Part shown: positions 20,701-33,000 of the stretch, piece after piece
Position numbering within the stretch: position 1 is the first letter of the stretch
How the letters are laid out: each line of letters begins with the position of its first letter
UHGV virus genome: UHGV-0021788
Reading direction: 5' to 3' (one strand)
Length of the DNA: 64,000 bases
Source: a virus
Made by a program: the position numbers and the translations under genes
Notes under the pieces: model-generated
The model's database searches: none
Told to the model about the DNA's origin: nothing
The model's input: only the letters and a program-made list of their open reading frames with translations

Positions 20701-23700
20701 AAGAAGGTACTGCTAAGACAAAAATAGAAGGAGATACTTCTGGAGCTGAAAAAGTAAAGAAAGAAGTAGATAATTTAGCTGTCAACAAAAAAGGTACGGT
20801 TACTTTATTAGTAAATGGTCAAGAAAAAATAGCTGAAGCTAAAGTTGTCAAAGGTCAATTAGAAGTAGATGGTAAAGCAGTTACAAGTATTTCTGTTAAT
20901 GGTAAAGACCAATTACCAATAGCTATTAATGAAAAAGGTCAATTAGAAGTAAATGGTCAAGCTATAACTGATGTAACTGTAAAAAATGGAGACCAATTAA
21001 AATTAACAAGAAATGAAAAAGGTCAATTAGAAGTAAATGGTCAAGCTATAACTGATATCAAGGTATATGGGAAAGAAAATGTTAAAGATGCAAAAAAAGA
21101 TGTTGATGATTTAACCAAAGATAATAAAAATGTTAGTATTAACATTGATGTTTCATTAAAAGAAACTGTTGGTGAAATATTATCAAGATTTGGATTAAAT
21201 AAGAAAACAGAAAATGTTGAAATTAATGTAACATGTAATGATAATGCAACTCCAGTATTAGAAAAAATAATGGCAAGACAAGATAAAACTATACAAATAA
21301 AAGTAGACTGCCAAGATAATGCAACATCTAAAATAAACAGTATAGCTAAAATAGGAAATAAAACTGTAACAGTTACAATAAATTGTCAAGATAATGCAAC
21401 ATCTAAAATAAACAGTATAGCTAGTATGGGTAATAAATCTGTAACAGTTACAATAAATTGTCAAGATAATGCAAGTTCTACAATAAATAGAGTTACAAGT
21501 GCACCTTCTTCTAAAGCAATAAATGTTGTAGTAACTTGTACAAATGGTGGAGCAGTTCTTAATACTCTTTCTCAATTAGCTAGTAAAGTAATACCTAGTA
21601 AAAAATTTACTATAAACTGTACAGATAGTGCTAGTAGTGTAGTAAGTAGAGTTAATGGTTTAAAAATATCTGATAAGAAATTTACTATAAATTGTACAGA
21701 TAATGCAACTGCTAAAATAAATAAAGTTATTAGTAAAAAAATACCAAATAAATCATTTACTATAAGTTGTACTGATAATGCTAGTAGTAAATTAAGTAGT
21801 ATTATAAGTAAAATAAGTAATATTCGTAGTAAATCAGTAACAATTACTACTAATCATGTAAGCACAGGCGACCATTCATCTGTTGGTGAACCAACAATTG
21901 TTGATTTACAACCTCAACCATTTAGTAGTACTCAAGCTTCTAATCCTCAAGTGCAATCATTAGGAGAACAAGTTCAAGTATTAAGCGATAGTGTGCAACA
22001 ACAAACTGACAACAATAATGAAGTTAGCGTAATGGCTAAGAAAACATATAAAGCTAATATTGATACAGGTTTAACAGTAAGTGCAGTTAAATATAATATT
22101 GATTTATTAACTAACATGACTAATATGCTTAAAAAATTAGGAACTCAAGTTGATATATTAAAAGCTAAACAAGAAAGAACTTGGGGTACTGCAAGTGCTA
22201 AGTTACTTAGAAATCAAATTTCTTTACTAACTAAACAACAAGATTTAACTAAAATAAATATTAAAAACATGGAAGGTATGGCTAAAAAACTTAAAGGTAG
22301 TTTACAAAAACAAGGATTTAAGTTTAAAGATGATGGAACTATAAGTAATTACAATAGTAAGCTTATAAAAATGCAAAAAAATGTTGAAAGTTTAGAGAAA
22401 GCTGAAAAAGCACTAGAAGACCAAATAAGTAAAACTGAAAAACAAATTTCAAAATCTGAAAAGAAATCTTCAAGTAAGAAGAAATCAACTAGTAAGAAAA
22501 AGAAAAGTACTAGTAAGAAAAAGAGTACGAGCAAAAAGAAGAAAACTTCAAGCAAGAAGAAATCAACTAAGAAAAAGAGCACTAAGAAGAAAACTACTAA
22601 GAAGAAGAGTGCTAGTAGAAGCAATAGAAAAACTACATCAAGTAAAGCTAGTAAAAAGAAGACTACTAAGAAGAAAAAATCAACTAGTAAGAAAAAAAGT
22701 ACATCAACTAAGAAGAAGAGTACTAAAAAGAGTACTAAAAAGAAGACTACTTCTAAGAAGAAATCAACCACTAAGAAGAAAAGTACATCTTCAAGCAAGA
22801 AATCAAAAGCAACTAAAGCATTAGAAAAGAAAAAGAGCGGATTAGAAAAGAAAAAGGATGCAATAAGCAAACAATTAGAAAAAGCACAAAAAGAATTATC
22901 AGAAACTCAAAGCAAATTAAATGAATATTATAATTTACAATTTAGTGAAATTCCTGAAGCTCAACAACAATGGGAAGAATATGCTAATGCTATAGCAGAA
23001 GCTAAGGCAGAAATAATTAGATGTGAATTAGAAGCTAAAACATTCTTTAAGACAGTTAAGATGGAAATGAAAGATGCTATGATTAGCAGAAATGAAACTT
23101 GGGCAGATACATTTATGTTGAAGGCTGATTTAAGTAGTTGGTCTAAAGCAATAGGATATATTAAAGAAGCTAATAAATTATTAGCAAAAAATCAACAACA
23201 TCAACAATCAAAATTAGAAACAGCTCAAGCAAGAGCAGAAGATAACAAGGCATTTTTAAAGAAACAAGGATTTAAATTTGATAAAAATGGATATGTAACA
23301 GGTGCTGAAAAAACTTTACAAAAACTTAAAAAGAAGAAATCATCACAAGAATATGATGCTATAAAAGAAGCATTTGATAGTTATGTTGATGATATGTATG
23401 AAAATATTCCCAAAGCTGAAAATGAATGGTGGAAATTAGAACAGGAAATAAAAGAAAATGAAAGACAAATAAAAGAAACTACTAAATCTATGAATGATTT
23501 AGTTAATTCAGCTAAAGTAGATAAATTAACTAGACAATTTGATGTACTTTCAAATACTTTAGATATATTAGACCTTAAAATGGAACGTGCTTATGGAGCT
23601 AATAAAATAGACTATATGAAACAACAACTTGATATATTATCTAATATGAAAAGTAAGAATCAAGAAATCATTAATCAAAATACTGAGTTATTAAATAATA

Positions 23701-24611
23701 GTAAGAAACAATTAGTTAAATATGGCATTACATTTGATGAAGATGGCAATATAGACAATCTATCAAAAGCATTGAAAAAATTAGATAATCTACAAGATAT
23801 GGAAGATTTAAAAGATTTAGCTGATGAATATAATGATTATAAAGATTCAATAGATGATGCTAGTAAATCAATTGAAGAAGAAACTAATAAACAACTTGAA
23901 TTAAAAGATTCAATGATGGAAATTAGAGAAGAAATGAGAAAACTTAGAGATGATGCATGGGTTAAAACTTATGAAAATGGTCTAAAAGTTATTCAAAATC
24001 GTATTGATACAATAGATTCTTTATTAGATTTAGAAGATGAAAATCAATTTAGTTTACTAAATCAAAAAATTGAAGAATATAAGAATTTAACTAAAGCGAC
24101 TGAGGATAGTTTGGCTTATCAAAAACATAGAAAAATCACTATGCAAAAAACATTGATTGATTATGGTTTCACTATTAATGATGATGGTACAATAGATGGA
24201 ACTGCTAATAAATTAGAACAACTTAAAAATACATTATCTGAAACTGAATTTGGTATAGTAAGTGATACATTAGAAGATTATTTTGATACTGCTTTAGATA
24301 CAATTCCTGAATTAGAAAGAGAATTAATAAAATATCAAAAAGATTTAAAAGATATACAAAATACTAAACTAGAAAAGACTAAAACTATTGAAGAAAAAAT
24401 TACTGAAATATATAACGATGAAATAGATAAAAGAACTAAAAAGATACAAGAAGAAGCAGAAGCACAAACTAAAGCACTTAATAAAGCCAAAGAATCTTAT
24501 CAGAGATGGAGAGACGAAGTTGACTATAAAGATGATTATAATAAACAATTAAAAACTGTTGAAGATTTACAAAAGAAAATAGAAATAGCAAAACGAGATG
24601 ACAGCCTAACT
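17751..24611 (+). CDS. Tail tape measure protein, exon 4. It contains hydrophobic segments, tandem peptide repeats and a lysine/serine/threonine basic tract.
   Basis: Continuous frame from 17748 to 24611. Internal tandem repeats lie at about 20560-20775, 20826-21065 and 21306-21500. The lysine/serine/threonine tract lies at about 22456-22815. Confidence 0.65.
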
Positions 24612-24825
24612 GGGTAATGTTGCCCTAGTCGTAAAGTAATTTGCGACTGAAAATAGATTTAATTGCAGGTAATCCCTAAAGCTCTACACCACAATATATC
24701 TGAAAAGAATATATGAAGGTACGAAAGTAGAAAAAACGTAGAGATTCTCATATGGTTAAATCCTAAGTGAGAGTAACAATGGGTGTTCATGCAAGGAAGA
24801 TTCTAAATTAAATTATTTTAAATAT

Positions 24826-24854
24826 TTTACTTTTAATAAAATAAGCAGTATAAT
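24826..24854 (+). promoter_or_regulatory. Intron-internal promoter for the HEG: TTTACT-17-TATAAT.
   Basis: -35-like tttact, a 17-nt spacer, then tataat, followed by an AAGGAAGGGG RBS and the ATG at 24878. Confidence 0.45.
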
Positions 24855-24877
24855 ATAAATAAGGAAGGGGTGAAATT

Positions 24878-26002
24878 ATGAAAACTAAGTGGACAAAAGA
24901 AGCAATAATAAAATATATAGAGGAACAAGATTATATTTTTATAAATTTTATAAAATTTGATAAATTAAGCTCAAGAATATTAATAAGATGTAATAATAAA
25001 AAGCATAAACCATATGAAGTTACTTTTGCTAATTTCAAAACTGGGAAAAGATGTCCAAAATGCAGTGAAATAAAAAGAAGAAAAAAAAGAACAATATGGA
25101 ATAAAGAAAAAATAATTGATTTTGTAGAAGATAATAACTATGAATTTATTGAATTTGTTAAATTTGATAAAATTGAAAGTATAATTAAGGTATGGTGTAA
25201 AAATTTAAAACATGAACCATATAATGTTAAATTTGCAAATTTTAAAAATGGACAAAGATGTAGAAAATGTTCTGATGAAATAAAAAGTAAAAAATTTTCG
25301 CATAATTATGAATATGTCAAAGAATATATTGAATCATTTGGATATAAAATGTTATCAAACGAATATATAAATTTACATAGCGAAATAAAAATATTATGTG
25401 ACAAACATGGGATATATAAGACAACATTTCAATTATTTAAAATGGCGAAATATAAATGCCCAAAGTGTTCGGATGAACATAGAGGAGAATATCATAAATT
25501 AAATTATGAATATATTAAAGAATATATTGAATCATTTGGATATGAAATATTATCAAATGAATATATAAATATGAAAACAAATATATTGGTAAAGTGTCCA
25601 AATGGTCATAAATCATATTTTACTAATTTTGATAGGTTTAAAAGAGGAGACAGATGCCCTTATTGTAACGAATCTAAAGGTGAGAAAAAAATTAATGAGA
25701 TTTTAAATAAATATAATATGAATTTTAAATCACAATATAAATTTAATAATTGTAAAAGTAAAAGAGAATTACCATTTGATTTTTATATATCTGATTTAAA
25801 TATAGCGATAGAATATGATGGAATACAGCATTATAAAATAATAGAATATTTTAGTGGACTTGATGGTTTCATAACCACTAAAATACATGATGTTATAAAA
25901 ACAAGATATTGTGAAGATAATAATATAAAATTAATTAGAATACCGTATTGGGAATATGATGATATAGAAAGTATATTAATAAAAGAACTTAATTTAAAAT
26001 AA
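24878..26002 (+). CDS. Intron-encoded homing endonuclease with four Zn-ribbon modules and a Vsr-like/DUF559 domain.
   Basis: Repeated W.K..II.F.E...Y.FI.F.K......I...C modules, with CPKC repeated three times. The C-terminal part reads LPFDFYISDLNIAIEYDGIQH..IKLIRIPYWEY. Confidence 0.75.
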   Translation: MKTKWTKEAIIKYIEEQDYIFINFIKFDKLSSRILIRCNNKKHKPYEVTFANFKTGKRCPKCSEIKRRKKRTIWNKEKIIDFVEDNNYEFIEFVKFDKIESIIKVWCKNLKHEPYNVKFANFKNGQRCRKCSDEIKSKKFSHNYEYVKEYIESFGYKMLSNEYINLHSEIKILCDKHGIYKTTFQLFKMAKYKCPKCSDEHRGEYHKLNYEYIKEYIESFGYEILSNEYINMKTNILVKCPNGHKSYFTNFDRFKRGDRCPYCNESKGEKKINEILNKYNMNFKSQYKFNNCKSKRELPFDFYISDLNIAIEYDGIQHYKIIEYFSGLDGFITTKIHDVIKTRYCEDNNIKLIRIPYWEYDDIESILIKELNLK

Positions 26003-26177
26003 TTTAACATGAATAACCTTCAACGACTAGAATGCGAATTCGTAGGGTGTAAGTGATTGACACTCGAAAAGGTCTACCCTTAATATTAAGGTGAAGAAAT
26101 AGTCTAGTCTCATATGAAAGTATGAGCAGTTCATAAGAGAACGGTATATGTTTAGCGAACATATATGAATATAAGCG

Positions 26178-26795
26178 CAAAAACGTTTAGCTGATTTGAT
26201 GAAGGAATTAAAAGAAGAACAAGAAAATCTTGAAGATTTAGTTCAAGACAAAATAGATTCGGATATAAATAACATGTTTGATGACCAAATAGACAAGATA
26301 GAAGAAAATTCTGATGAAGAAGTTAAGAATTTGGAAAAAACATGGTCAGAAAGCAAAATAGCTGAAATGGTTAAACAAGCACTCGATACTGGAGTCTTTA
26401 CAGATATTGATGGAAATATCAAAACTCTTCAAACAGCATTAATGGATTTTGCTAATACAAGTTCTGATTATTTTGGAGTTATGGGTAGTTCATTAAAGAA
26501 AGAATTATTAGACAATCTTAATGTAGCATTGGAAACTATGAAAGAACTTCAAAAAATGTCAGATAATTATACAGCTCCTAATATAGATTATAGTAATACG
26601 GTACTTCCAAAAGATAGTACTATTAATACTTCTCCACAAGTTTCTAGTAATGTTGAAACTAATAATATTACAATTGGAGATACAAATATTACAATTCAAG
26701 GTAGTGCAGATAATGTTACTTTAGGAAAAGTAGATGAAATGTTAAAAGATTACAAAGCAAGTATTTGTAAGGAAATTGTTAAAAATATGAAATAA
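26178..26795 (+). CDS. Tail tape measure protein, terminal exon.
   Basis: The frame opens at 26175. The join reads ...KRDDSLT/QKRLADLMKELKEEQ... A terminator follows. Confidence 0.55.
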   Translation, partial: QKRLADLMKELKEEQENLEDLVQDKIDSDINNMFDDQIDKIEENSDEEVKNLEKTWSESKIAEMVKQALDTGVFTDIDGNIKTLQTALMDFANTSSDYFGVMGSSLKKELLDNLNVALETMKELQKMSDNYTAPNIDYSNTVLPKDSTINTSPQVSSNVETNNITIGDTNITIQGSADNVTLGKVDEMLKDYKASICKEIVKNMK

Positions 26796-26802
26796 ATTTA
26801 CG

Positions 26803-26840
26803 AAGGAAGGGTTAAAATATAACTCTTCCTTCTTATTTTA
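26803..26840 (+). terminator. Rho-independent terminator after the TMP gene.
   Basis: gaaggaagggtt-aaaatat-aactcttccttc followed by ttatttta. Confidence 0.5.
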
Positions 26841-26871
26841 TATATGTAAGATAAAAGAAAGGAGAAAGAAT

Positions 26872-27582
26872 ATGGCAAAGCCTGATTATTTAAAATTTAA
26901 AATATGTAGTACTTGTAAAAACATATTGCATATAAGTAAATTTAATAAAAATAAAAAATGTAAATATGGGGTTTCATCTCGATGTAGAGAATGTGATAGA
27001 AAATATCATAAAAAATATTATGAGAATAATAAAGAAAAAATAATAGAAATAAATAAAGAATATTATAAGGATAATAAAGAAAAAATTTTAGAATATCATA
27101 AGGAATATTATGAAGACAATAAAGAAGAAATCTATAAAAGAACAAGACAATATGCAATTGATAATAAAGAGAAATCTAATGAATATAAAAGAAAATATAA
27201 AAAAAATAATCCTGATAAAATATTTAATGATAGTATAAAAAGAAGATTAAATGAAAAAACACAAGGTAACGGAATCACTAAAGAACAATGGTATGAAATG
27301 ATGAAATTTTTTGATTGGAAATGTGCTTATAGTGGAGAATATATAGGTGGAAATAATGATAATAGAACCATAGACCATATTGTACCTTTAAACAATAGTG
27401 GAGAACATGAAATTTGGAATTGTGTACCTATGTATCAACCTTACAACAGTGGGAAACGTGATAGAAATATGTTAGAATGGTATTTAAAACAAGAATATTT
27501 CTCAATAGAAAAATTAACTAAAATATATGAATGGAGAATATATGCATATAATAAATGGGGTGATGATATAAATGGCAAGTAG
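26872..27582 (+). CDS. Free-standing HNH endonuclease with an N-terminal Zn finger.
   Basis: CSTC...CREC motif, a KEYY repeat, and DHIVPLNNSGEHEIWNCVP..N (the HNH motif). Confidence 0.7.
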   Translation: MAKPDYLKFKICSTCKNILHISKFNKNKKCKYGVSSRCRECDRKYHKKYYENNKEKIIEINKEYYKDNKEKILEYHKEYYEDNKEEIYKRTRQYAIDNKEKSNEYKRKYKKNNPDKIFNDSIKRRLNEKTQGNGITKEQWYEMMKFFDWKCAYSGEYIGGNNDNRTIDHIVPLNNSGEHEIWNCVPMYQPYNSGKRDRNMLEWYLKQEYFSIEKLTKIYEWRIYAYNKWGDDINGK

Positions 27583-28354
27583 TTTTTGGAATGGTAGCTT
27601 TTATTTCAATAATGTATATTCTGAAACTTTCAATGTTGTAATAATTGATTTTGATAGTTCGGATAGACTAAAACAAATAGGAAGTACAATTAATATAGAA
27701 TTAAATGAAGAAAATACACTTAATGGAAAAAAGAGTTATATTGAAGGAACTCGCACTTCTGAAAATATAATTTTACAATTAATGAAAAAAAATGGTGATA
27801 TATGGAGTGATGGAGATATAATCAATGTATATAATTGGTTATTCCAAAAAGATTTTAAAAAATTCCAAACAGTAGATTATTCTAGTGGATATAATCTATG
27901 TTATTATTTAAAAGCAGTAAGTTTTTCAAAATTTTTAACTCCTGATTTTAGGGGTTATTTAGAAATAGAATTTATGAGTTATGCTCCTTATTGCTATTCT
28001 ATACCAACAAACAGACTTAGTTTGAGTGCCAATGGTCAATCAGGTGTTTTATTTAATTATAGTAATCTATATGAAACATATAAACCAAAAATTAAAATAA
28101 CTGCTTCAAATAGTGATAGTATTAAAATATTAAATAATACAAATGGTACTTTTGTAGAATTAAGTGGATTAAACAATGGAGAAATGGTTACGGTAGATTG
28201 TGCTATGGGAACTGTAATAAACAGTGGTGGAGCTAATAGATTTGAAACATTAAAAAATTATAATTTATTAGAATTAGATAAAGGAAATAATAATATAACA
28301 CTTACTGGAAGTGCAAATATAGAATTTATTTGCGAATTTCCTGTAATTATATAG
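27572..28354 (+). CDS. Distal tail protein (Dit, siphovirus tail family).
   Basis: About 260 aa. It directly follows the TMP and has a beta-rich Dit-like composition. The start overlaps the end of the HNH gene. Confidence 0.5.
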   Translation: MASSFWNGSFYFNNVYSETFNVVIIDFDSSDRLKQIGSTINIELNEENTLNGKKSYIEGTRTSENIILQLMKKNGDIWSDGDIINVYNWLFQKDFKKFQTVDYSSGYNLCYYLKAVSFSKFLTPDFRGYLEIEFMSYAPYCYSIPTNRLSLSANGQSGVLFNYSNLYETYKPKIKITASNSDSIKILNNTNGTFVELSGLNNGEMVTVDCAMGTVINSGGANRFETLKNYNLLELDKGNNNITLTGSANIEFICEFPVII

Positions 28355-28365
28355 TAGGTGATTAA

Positions 28366-30051
28366 ATGAAAATAAGAGGTGCTAAAGATTCATACAATCT
28401 AATATTAAGTAAAATGAATGGAAAAAAATTAGGTATCATACCTTGTTCTATTATAGAAAGTATGCAAAAGGGTGTTAAAACTGTTAGTGAATTTACATTT
28501 TCAGTTAATAAATATTATGGTGAAAATAATGAAATAAATCCTCTGTACGATGAACTTAAAACAGAAAGATTTATATTTTTAGATGAAGATGAATGTTATG
28601 TAATAAAAAATATAAGTGAAGAAAATGAGAAGAAAAAAACTATAACAGCTTATTCGAGAGAAAAAAAATTATTTAAAAATATAGCAGAATTTGAGGATAT
28701 TACACTAACATTAAAAACTCCATATGCTGATATAGAAGGTTGTTTTAGTTTAGATGAATTATTATATGATGCAACTGGTTGGCATGTTGGATATGTAAGT
28801 CCTAAAGTTTTATATAAATCAAAAGAAACAATATTGGATAATGTTACAGGGGAAATAATAGTAGAATTGACAAAGGAAGAAAAATTAAGATACCAAGAAA
28901 GTGTATCGTCAAATTGGTATGATTTTATTAATGATGATATATCAGAACAATTTGAATGTTTTCCTGTATTTAACAGCTATGATAAAACAGTTGATTTATA
29001 TGATGATGAAGAATTAGGTAATGACCCTAATTTAATGTTGTCTTATGACAATTATCTTAAGAGTATGGAAAAAGAAGATGATACAGAAGATATTACAACT
29101 GTATTAATATTATCAGGAAATGATGATTTAACTATAAGTGAAGTTAATCCTAGTGGTGATACTTATGTGGAAAATTTTTCATATTTTATGGAAAATGAAG
29201 AAATGAGTACTGAATTAATAAATGCATTAAATAAATATTATCAAATGGTAAATGTAAGAGCAGTAACATGGAATCAATTGAGAACAGAAAAAGAAGAAAA
29301 AACTGCTACATTAACACAGAAGAAAAATAGATTATTAATAGTTTATGCACAAATGAAATCTATTGAATTTACTATGAAACAAACTACTGATGAAAAGTTT
29401 AATGCTCAACAACAAGAAAGATTAGTAAAACTAAATGATGAAAAAGTATTATTAGAAAAAGAAGTAACGGAATTAGATGAAAACATTAGAAATATAGATG
29501 CTTCAATAGAAAATATAAATAAATTATGTAAGAAAAAATATGCAACTGATGAAAATGGTGTATTGATATTTACCGAGAGTTTATTGAATGAATTAAAAGA
29601 TTTTATATATCAGGATACTTATAGTAATGATTCTATTACAGATGGATTAACCTTAATGAGAATAGGTAAAAAACAATTAAAAGAAAGTTGTTATCCTACT
29701 AAAACTTGGACTATTGATTCTGTTAATTTTATTGAAAAATTAATTGATAATGGTTTTAGACAACATTGGAATGGAGAATTAGGCTTAGGAGATATGATAG
29801 TATTAAAAGGTGAAGAAACGATTGAAGTTGTATATTTAATAAATTATACACAAAATTTTAAAGATAAAACAATCGAATTACAATTATCTAATAAAAAAGA
29901 TGAAAATACATTTTCACTATCAATAGGTGAGAGATTAACACAAGGTAAAGAGGCTTATGAAATAGCTAAAAAAAGTAGAAGTACTATTAATAGAGTAAAT
30001 AAGAATAGAGTAGGACTTAATTATGACAAGATTAATAAAAAAATTTTATAG
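28366..30051 (+). CDS. Tail-associated (Tal-like) baseplate hub protein.
   Basis: 561 aa, lying in the Tal position after Dit. A coiled-coil segment sits in its middle. Confidence 0.45.
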   Translation: MKIRGAKDSYNLILSKMNGKKLGIIPCSIIESMQKGVKTVSEFTFSVNKYYGENNEINPLYDELKTERFIFLDEDECYVIKNISEENEKKKTITAYSREKKLFKNIAEFEDITLTLKTPYADIEGCFSLDELLYDATGWHVGYVSPKVLYKSKETILDNVTGEIIVELTKEEKLRYQESVSSNWYDFINDDISEQFECFPVFNSYDKTVDLYDDEELGNDPNLMLSYDNYLKSMEKEDDTEDITTVLILSGNDDLTISEVNPSGDTYVENFSYFMENEEMSTELINALNKYYQMVNVRAVTWNQLRTEKEEKTATLTQKKNRLLIVYAQMKSIEFTMKQTTDEKFNAQQQERLVKLNDEKVLLEKEVTELDENIRNIDASIENINKLCKKKYATDENGVLIFTESLLNELKDFIYQDTYSNDSITDGLTLMRIGKKQLKESCYPTKTWTIDSVNFIEKLIDNGFRQHWNGELGLGDMIVLKGEETIEVVYLINYTQNFKDKTIELQLSNKKDENTFSLSIGERLTQGKEAYEIAKKSRSTINRVNKNRVGLNYDKINKKIL

Positions 30052-30066
30052 GAAGGAGTTGGTTTA

Positions 30067-33000
30067 ATGTTATTACCTAACATTCCTGCAACGACATATA
30101 TATCTTGGACTGGATTAGTAATAATTGATAAATCAGATAATACACCATACATAGTAAATGATGGTAAATCTTGTATGAAGTATATATATTGGGATATGAA
30201 TGATAATCCATATGTATTAAAAGAAAGTAATGAATGGATAAAAGAAACAGCAACTAAAAAAATGATATATATAAATGAAAATGGTATAGGAACACAAGTT
30301 CCCCATGATGATTATGATATTTATTATAATGATACTGGTAATGGAAGTTCTTCTCAATTAACAGGTGAAGCATTAGGTAAATATAATGAATTAAATGGAA
30401 AATATATGACAATAAAAGAAGATGTAGATGGGATTAAACAAGTATTAGGTTCTACTGAAAGTGGTTCAGGTTCTTTAGTTGAAAGGGTTAATAAAATAGA
30501 AAAAACTGCTGAAGAAACTAAAGAAACAATATCCACTGTTGAAAAAAACTTTAGTAATAACAAAGAGTTAGAAGAATTAAGAAATAATATAAACGTTTCA
30601 ATGATAAATCTGGGTGAAACATTAGCTCAATACGAAGAATTGATAACAAAAGTATCAGAAGATATGGAAGTTTCATCTGATGAAAAAATAGATATATCAG
30701 CTATACAAAACCAATTACTAGATAATTATACTGTTATGTCACAATATCATCAAGTTTTAATTGAAAGATTAAAAAGTTCAGAGGAAGATAATACTGATAC
30801 AATAAATAATTTAAATAAAAATTTAGATGCATTAAATACTTCTATTAATAATTTAAATTCATTAGTTAATGATTCTATAAGTGATAATACAATAGTTCCT
30901 AGTGAAATTACTACTATGTTAAATGCAATAGCTAATGTGGCTGTAAAAAATACTCAATATAAAAATGCAGTATCAGATGCAATATTATTAGGCATAGGTG
31001 GTAAATTAGTAGAAAGTATTTTAGATATAAGAAAAACTTCTAATAATTTTAGTCAAACAATATCTAAAATGGAAGAAGATATTGATGGTAAAACAGGTTT
31101 AAAAGTTTTAGTTCAAAAAAATGCCACTGCAATTAAACAAACTGCTGATAATTTAACTTTGAATTATGTTAAGTATAATGAAACTACTTCTCAATTAACT
31201 ATTGGAGATAATGTAATCAAACTAGATGCTGGAAAAGTATTAATGACAGGAACATTAACTTGGGATAGTTTGGACGATTCAGCTAAAAAGAACTTAAAAG
31301 GTGAAGCAGGTTCTGCTCAATATATAATGTTAGTTGGAGACCAAATATTTAAATACGATAAAGATGGAAATCCTAATGTTTCAGCAATAACTTTAAATGT
31401 TCAAGTATCCAATATACAAAATCCTGTATTCGACTGGTATTATAGAGATGCTAAAGTATCTAGTGAATGGACAAATATACCTAGCAATTCTAACTTAAGT
31501 TCATTTATATTAAAACATGATGACCCAATATGGGGAAATAATTCAAATTCTATCACTATAAAAGTGGTATGTGGTGATTACACAGATGAAATGACTATTG
31601 TAAAATTACACGATGGTGTAATTGGTGAAGATGCTAAATCAGTATCAATTAATGGTAACCAATTATTTAGATACAAAGGTGGTTTTACAGAAACCCCAAA
31701 TCCAACTTCAATCACATTAACTGCTACTAGAAATAATATATCAGCTGATAAAACTTCAAGATGGTATTATAGAGTTTCTGAAAGTGATGATTGGACAGAA
31801 ATAACTTCATCAAAAAACGCAAATACTTTAATAGTAAATCATGATAGTTATTTTGGTGATTCAAAAATATTAATGATAAGATATGAAGTAGAAACTTATT
31901 ATGATATTATGACATTAGCAAAAATCACTGATGGTGCAGATGGATATGCAGTATTATTAACTAATGAAAATCATAGCGTTCCTTGTGATGAAAATGGTAA
32001 TTATACGTTTGAAGCAATAAGTACTGCTTATACTTATGTAAAAGTTTATAAAGGATTATTAGAAGTTACTTCATTTAATTTAGAGAGAATAGATGATGGT
32101 TGTACTTCTGTTTATAGTAATGGAACAAGAAGATTAGATGTAACTTCATTGTCTAAAAATATAGCTACTGTTACATTAAATATAACAGTAGATGGAAATA
32201 CCTTCCAAAAAGTAATGACTATAACTAAATCAATTAAAGGAGAAAAAGGCGAAGAAGGTACAGGTGTTAATATAATTGGTAAACTAGAAAATAAAGACCA
32301 ATTACCTACAACTGGTAAACCTGGAGATGCTTATGTTATAGATGGTTTATTATATGTTTGGTTAGAAGAAAATAATGGTTGGTCAGATGGTGTACCTTTT
32401 AGAGGAGAACAAGGTATCCCAGGTAAAAATGGTACTGACGGAAGAACCACTTATTTACATATAAAGTACAGTAACGATGGTAAAACATTTACAGATAATA
32501 ATGGAGAAGACACTGGAGATTGGATAGGACAATATACAGATTACATTGAAACTGATTCAACTAATTTTGCTGATTATAAATGGAAAAAGATAAAAGGTGA
32601 AGATGGAGAAAAAGGTATAGTTGCAAACTTAACTAATGATACTCATATAGTGCCTATTGAATCCGATGGTACTTTTGGAGAGGATTCTTTTAAAGGTTGT
32701 TCTACTAAGATAACTTTATCTTATGTTGGACAAGAATTAATCAATGGAGTTTCATATAGTGCTAAACCTAATAGCGATATAGAAGGTACTTTAGATACAA
32801 AAACAGGGACTTATACAGTTACAAATTGGACAGGAGAAGCAAAAGGTACTTATGTTGATTTAATAGCTATTTATGATGGAGTATCATATACAAAAAGATT
32901 TACAATTAACAGAGCAAAAAATCCTTTAGATGCATATACTGTTGTATTAACAAATGAAGCACATATATTTCCTGGTGATATATCTAATGCTTTGGCAAGT

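Larger units (their letters stand above)
24612..26177 (+). mobile_element. Group I intron, class 1, with HEG, in the 3' part of the TMP gene.
   Basis: P variant aattgcaggtaa at 24661-24672. P2 agtcg..cgact. Q variant at about 24790. R at 26018-26029. S variant at about 26100. The exon ends at the T of 24611; the 3' exon starts at 26178 with matching phase. Confidence 0.75.
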
